Assembly: GCF_002113885.1 (NCBI RefSeq)
Contig: NW_018404676.1
Coordinates: 441,453 to 505,452 of the forward strand
From: Mizuhopecten yessoensis
Lineage: Eukaryota
DNA: 64,000 bases
Reading direction: 5' to 3'
In this document: positions 63,101-64,000 of the stretch, one piece after another
Numbering within the stretch: the stretch's first letter is position 1
How the letters are laid out: every line of letters starts with the position of its first letter
The notes under the pieces: generated by a model
What the model was told of the DNA's origin: nothing
Database searches by the model: none
The model's input: only the letters and a program-made list of their open reading frames with translations
Made by a program: the position numbers and the translations under genes

Positions 63101-63945
63101 CCACCTGAAAACAACCCCTGGGACCACTGTCAATACTTGGTAATTACAAATAGTCACGTAACCAAAGTATATTTTGTATATAGTGCTGTTACAAAAAGGA
63201 AATATTTCAGCGATACCGCTAAGTCATTGCATAAAGGTGAAAATACAATAAATGTATTACAAATTTCATTTGCGCTCCAGCAAAATTATATTCAAGAAAA
63301 CAAAATGCTGTTTACCAAAGAGTGTCCCAATAGGTGCATTTTATTTCCTTTCTTGAACCTTTTACACCTTTTCTTTTTGCACGTCAATCATTAACTCATT
63401 TTCTAATGAGATACTTTTTTTGCAAGCGAATAACTGATTTCATACCTAACGTCTATCCTTTCGCCTACTAAATGACTGCAAAGAGGACTCTATCTTGTCG
63501 CCCTTCTATTAACTTATTTCCTTCTTAATGACTTTCTCTCGGCGTGTAAATAAATTATTCCTTTCTAACTTGGTAACTACATGTACTTAGTCTGGTATTC
63601 ATTTGTTAAGGGAACGTTTTTAGACTTTGTGTATATATGTATTTGTTTGAAACAAATGAAAATATGGAAATACAAATCGATTGTTCGACGTCGCATTATT
63701 GCATTTTGAAGGCGACCGTAACACGTTAGATGTTAAAAATAATACACCAGTATTGATTTACAAGGTTTTTTTTCCAGTCCTGATGTCATTCAAACAAATG
63801 GGGTGAATCGCATGCAGAATCTCGTGGTGATTCCCTCCAGTAGTGGTGGCTCTTCATCGTCTACCTGTTCATCGACAGTCGCAATTAAACCTACAAATAG
63901 CCAGCACGGAAATCATCATGTGTGCTTGTCACCCACACAGCTAAG
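6015..63945 (+). CDS. Giant secreted multidomain protein (Sib/integrin-beta-like head + tandem three-exon Cys modules + EGF repeats); 79 coding exons in window, 3' end outside
   Basis: Exons read by eye with matching phases: 6015-6161, 10208-10527 (donor reads TT), 11889-12032, 12259-12400, 13215-13388, 14156-14292, 14672-14845, 15700-15740, 16373-16407, 16748-16848, 17044-17205, 18713-18759, 19062-19175, 20306-20419, 21018-21128, 21282-21338, 22124-22225, 22767-22792, 23555-23670, 23913-24092, 24401-24453, 24748-24788, 25736-25842, 26639-26782, 27134-27186, 27324-27431, 28336-28452, 28826-28863, 29061-29158, 30191-30352, 30665-30708, 30844-30866, 31162-31277, 31885-32055, 32880-32932, 33351-33464, 33843-33892, 34099-34205, 35719-35886, 36084-36136, 36994-37019, 37129-37235, 37946-38104, 38703-38749, 39494-39598, 39975-40107, 41744-41908, 44769-44815, 45110-45132, 45554-45666, 46263-46409, 47019-47071, 47433-47552, 47909-47964 (uncertain linker), 48696-48808, 50016-50192, 50438-50522, 50884-50981, 52960-53118, 53500-53537, 53822-53935, 54570-54680, 55133-55173, 56532-56635, 56785-56946, 57261-57310, 57679-57707, 57931-58040, 58809-58976, 59263-59327, 59605-59727, 59832-59942, 60075-60115, 60361-60464, 60999-61154, 62545-62597, 62866-62897, 63030-63139, 63778-63945. 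Sum about 8,087 nt, frame open throughout. Confidence 0.88.
7345..9312. repeat. 25-bp minisatellite, about 78 copies, in intron 1
   Basis: Unit CACATACGGAATCAGAAAGTCCTTA repeated head-to-tail with point variants and no unique spacers. Confidence 0.97.
10208..13388 (+). CDS. Exons 2-5: N-terminal head domain (Sib/'integrin beta-like' family-like)
   Basis: Translation has TGWRLGKGQCGSTC, VVAVN..WE, FEGLSW, QRSDTNRRNRSP, SVPTIDQDGDYFECR, IAVTIQDF, LSAVPVQ|F. The motif order matches my recollection of the HFRGG...RSD..N.SP...D.DGD..CR...IEDF...VP.QF family. Not database-verified. Confidence 0.7.
10481..10980 (+). repeat. 5 x 100-bp tandem repeat spanning the exon-2 3' end and its splice donor
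   Basis: Units start at 10481, 10581, 10681, 10781 and 10881 (GAAGTTACAATAA...AAATTAATTA). Confidence 0.97.
11419..11822. mobile_element. Non-autonomous hAT-like MITE
   Basis: Imperfect TIRs TAGGGTCGTCAA / TTGACAATCCTA, subterminal GTAACCGGTTA motif at both ends, and an 8-bp flanking duplication ATACATAT / ATACCTAT (7 of 8 match). Confidence 0.7.
14156..18759 (+). CDS. Modules 0 and 1 of the three-exon Cys repeat, with linker exon 16373-16407
   Basis: APVIIDPTP...WTPVASDLGDHILCVRVEDSAG|FDALPRCFIIRV and GKPAF..EISCLVGSSCRFP|...GRKKICLRA|..MKCFEAVV. Exon phases 0-2, 2-2, 2-1. Confidence 0.82.
14878..15529. mobile_element. Kolobok-like non-autonomous DNA transposon
   Basis: TTAA-AGGGGCTGGT at the left end and ACCAGCCCCT-TAA at the right end: a short TIR in a TTAA context. 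Confidence 0.5.
17441..18560 (+). mobile_element. Helentron/HINE-like non-autonomous element carrying a ~155-160-bp internal tandem repeat; 3' end not seen
   Basis: Start TTTTTTGCCCACCTGG...GTGAGC...CGTCCGTC, then about 6-7 diverged copies of TTCAAAATCCTTC...CCAAATTTGG..GAGCATCCTTGGGCAAAGGG...GGCCCC. Confidence 0.75.
19062..22225 (+). CDS. EGF-like domains 1-4 (phase 1-1 exons) plus a 19-aa two-Cys exon (21282-21338)
   Basis: DPCEVQPCRNSAEC..CICPPGYTGIAC; DKCNPNPCKFGGIC..CRCTSGFFGTYC; DKCRPDPCGKHGVC..CHCQDGYSGNSC; CGAQCVAPNGIC..CLCSKGFTGPDC. Confidence 0.93.
22767..28452 (+). CDS. Super-repeat 1: linker, module 2 (4-Cys), linker, module 3 (6-Cys type), EGF5, EGF6
   Basis: PIFVPPTPEAEDLIKC..C|..LHVCLQV|..TKCFNVEY; FVDPTLPDQSEIVCEIGKPCH..C|..KKICLKS|..VRCFYL; CASSPCKNGGVC; CPPTVPPHCNNGGYC. 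Confidence 0.88.
23000..23122 (+). pseudogene. Decayed duplicate (pseudo-exon) of exon 23555-23670
   Basis: tttatag|ctgatatgtgtttaacaaacgcccgaagctgaagatttgatgaaatgtgaacaaaattaatac vs tttatag|ccgatatttgttccaccaacacccgaagctgaagatttgataaagtgtgagcaaaattcatac. Two in-frame TAA stops and no donor. Confidence 0.85.
27567..28252 (+). mobile_element. Complete Helentron/HINE-like non-autonomous element
   Basis: 5' TTTTTAGCTCACCTG with GTCC microsatellite; 3' CAGGTGAGC (inverted copy of GCTCACCTG) followed by hairpin AGGCCC-TTT-GGGCCT and CTTGTTT; sits in a T run. Confidence 0.8.
28826..33464 (+). CDS. Super-repeat 2: linker, module 4 (4-Cys), linker, module 5 (6-Cys), EGF7
   Basis: AKFKDGTIPKEVKCYVGQPCQIP|..GKHQICIQ|..DEICFMV; YFIDPSLPDGSSVECKTGKACH..C|..GPCKVDV..GICF|..VRCYDV; CSSTLCENGAFC..CACLSGFSGPLC. 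Confidence 0.88.
32330..32790 (-). mobile_element. Possible heavily decayed Penelope-like retroelement remnant
   Basis: Minus strand gives scraps resembling PP..SYSYSKP...NYK....C.C.S, which I recall from the pre-RT region of mollusc Penelope-like elements. Heavily interrupted. Confidence 0.3.
33843..39598 (+). CDS. Super-repeat 3: linker, module 6 (4-Cys), linker, module 7 (6-Cys), EGF8
   Basis: STFGDLAVPKEIKCTLHQECEVP|..GNKKVCVH|..DDICFNV; PHFIEPTVQPQSTLQCEPGRICH..C|..GSCAVDV..TLCF|..HRCFKV; CTGITCHNGGVC..CVCPIDRSGPNC. Confidence 0.88.
34833..35426. mobile_element. Foldback/MITE-like element with long imperfect inverted repeats
   Basis: About 34905-34966 (TATACATTCCTTAGGGTTATGCCATCATGATATGAAATGAAATTTAGGTCAAC..) is the reverse complement of about 35337-35398; outer GGTGCCAAT / ATTGGCACC. 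Confidence 0.7.
37306..37828 (+). mobile_element. Older Helentron/HINE-like copy, same family as 27567-28252
   Basis: TTTAGCTGACCT start, GTGAGCGATACAGG..GGGCCTTTTGT end, shared internal motifs (CGACTTCTT, TTTGACC). Confidence 0.65.
39975..47552 (+). CDS. Super-repeat 4: fused linker + module 8 (4-Cys), linker, module 9 (6-Cys), EGF9
   Basis: PKFTDMALPTDVKCEINTECVIP|..GNKTVCVQ|..DEHCFTV; PHFKIPTLPDGSTVSCDINKACH..C|..GECRTDV..HICL|..KRCYNL; CESQNCQHGGLC..CSCAAGYSGTDC. Confidence 0.88.
41441..41482. repeat. (TCAA)n imperfect microsatellite
   Basis: ttcaatcaatcaattaattgatcaatcgatcaatcaatcaat. Confidence 0.7.
42078..42797 (-). CDS. Nested antisense B-box type 2 + coiled-coil (TRIM-like, RING-less) protein, 239 aa, single coding exon
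   Basis: CKPHGIKAVFACMQCKDTLCCEDCVVTTHQCH is a B-box2 zinc finger, followed by a ~140-aa heptad-rich region and the PTFTAG...LREAFGTI linker. A polypyrimidine tract plus AG (minus strand, 42800-42830) lies 2 nt before the ATG, so the 18 upstream ORF codons are intronic. Confidence 0.88.
   Translation of the reverse strand: MACALQTDGQLENDPKNDLVCKPHGIKAVFACMQCKDTLCCEDCVVTTHQCHPFKKLSVLMAEKRASIENYITLLEQTKLPLLKEQMKATENQLARNEIDAKEARKAVLERSTKLKSELDKVINKSVRKCEEMAFENESKLTVYKEHMENILTEYRQKLSQVQHVIDEGTVEEIIHTTKNLPQPPVYPQYPDLHLPTFTAGDPSHLREAFGTIVISTSEETTDESNNTPTVVREIEELD
43951..44330. repeat. ~170-180-bp direct duplication upstream of the nested TRIM-like gene
   Basis: 43951-44128 and 44164-44330 share ACACATATCCTTACATAA..TTACCTGA..GTCGCCTTTAAAGTCCGGATTCGTATCTGAATAGTGAG. 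Confidence 0.9.
47909..54680 (+). CDS. Super-repeat 5: linker (uncertain), module 10 (4-Cys, last exon fused to linker), module 11 (6-Cys), EGF10, EGF11
   Basis: VTDTVVPDTISCVVNTVCHVP|..GSHTSCVQ|..TVCFNV; IVEPTLPDGSVVKCSKGKSCH..C|..GTCVTDI..HICFQ|..SRCYDL; CITLPCPTTGTC; CASKTCNNGGVC. Confidence 0.85.
50941..51272 (+). repeat. About 5.7 x 58-bp tandem repeat spanning an exon 3' end and its splice donor
   Basis: Unit TGTCATATCCTCATCCATACTGCTCCTAAAGGATCACAGTG|GTACGTAACACTACTGT starting at 50941, 50999, 51057, 51115, 51173 and 51231. Confidence 0.95.
51922..52843 (+). mobile_element. Helentron/HINE-like element of a second family, with internal tandem repeats
   Basis: 5' GATGGTGGGCT..GTCC-type microsatellite, repeated GATC(A/G)GATAAAC..ATGGCC units, 3' GGTGGGCGCC plus hairpin AAGATCCC-TCT-GGGATCT and CTTGTTT. 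Confidence 0.72.
55133..59942 (+). CDS. Super-repeat 6: linker, module 12 (4-Cys), linker, module 13 (6-Cys), EGF12, EGF13
   Basis: PRFVDTVLPKRISCTVGEECKIQ|..GDKRVCLQ|NVDEMCFIV; PQFSSPSLPDNSVVECKAGATCH..C|..PVCQSTV..HICL|..SKCFTI; CQSTHCHNGGTC; CGSTNCQNGGVC. Confidence 0.88.
55223..55944. mobile_element. Non-autonomous DNA transposon with ~60-bp TIRs and a 6-bp TSD (IS3EU-like)
   Basis: GAAATG|TATGGCAAGCCAACTTAACATTTATTCAAGGAGCAATG(T)CGATCCTGTATTTCAAAAAA ... TTTTTTGAAATACAGGATCG(G)CATTGCTCCTTGAATAAATGTTAAGTTGGCTTGCCATA|GAAATG; internal ATAAGATATCTTAT repeats. Confidence 0.85.
60075..63945 (+). CDS. Super-repeat 7 (incomplete): linker, module 14 (4-Cys), linker, first two exons of module 15 (6-Cys)
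   Basis: PIFVDTALLKSITCVINQPCAIP|..GKKHVCMQ|NVDEVCVEV; PQFTSPSIPDNSIVECKAGSTCY..C|..STCSSTV..HVCL. Donor at 63945/63946, so the gene continues past the window. Confidence 0.87.
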
Positions 63946-64000
63946 GTGTGTAGAAAGTCGATTACTTCATTCGGTTGGACATAAAAAACACCAGAGCTTT

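Overview
AT-rich animal genomic DNA. The Helentron-like, Kolobok-like and B-box/TRIM content suggests a bivalve mollusc (inference). Bases 1-3300 hold a decayed Ty3/Gypsy pol gene and a CR1/L2-type LINE fragment. From 6015 to beyond the right edge lies one very large + strand gene that the ORF track only fragments. I traced 79 coding exons by eye in a continuous reading frame (about 8,087 nt, about 2,695 aa, no stop reached). One donor (exon 2) reads TT instead of GT and one linker exon is ambiguous. The predicted protein is secreted: a signal peptide, then a ~290-aa head resembling the Sib/'integrin beta-like' N-terminal domain, then 16 copies (last one partial) of a ~100-aa Cys-containing module always split over three exons. 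The modules come as 4-Cys/6-Cys pairs separated by 1-4 EGF domains (13 EGFs in the window). The introns contain a nested antisense B-box/coiled-coil (TRIM-like) gene, a 25-bp minisatellite of about 2 kb, two tandem arrays that multiply an exon 3' end with its splice donor, a decayed duplicate exon, and several non-autonomous transposons (IS3EU-like, hAT, Kolobok-like, Helentron-like, foldback). No rRNA, tRNA or CRISPR seen.
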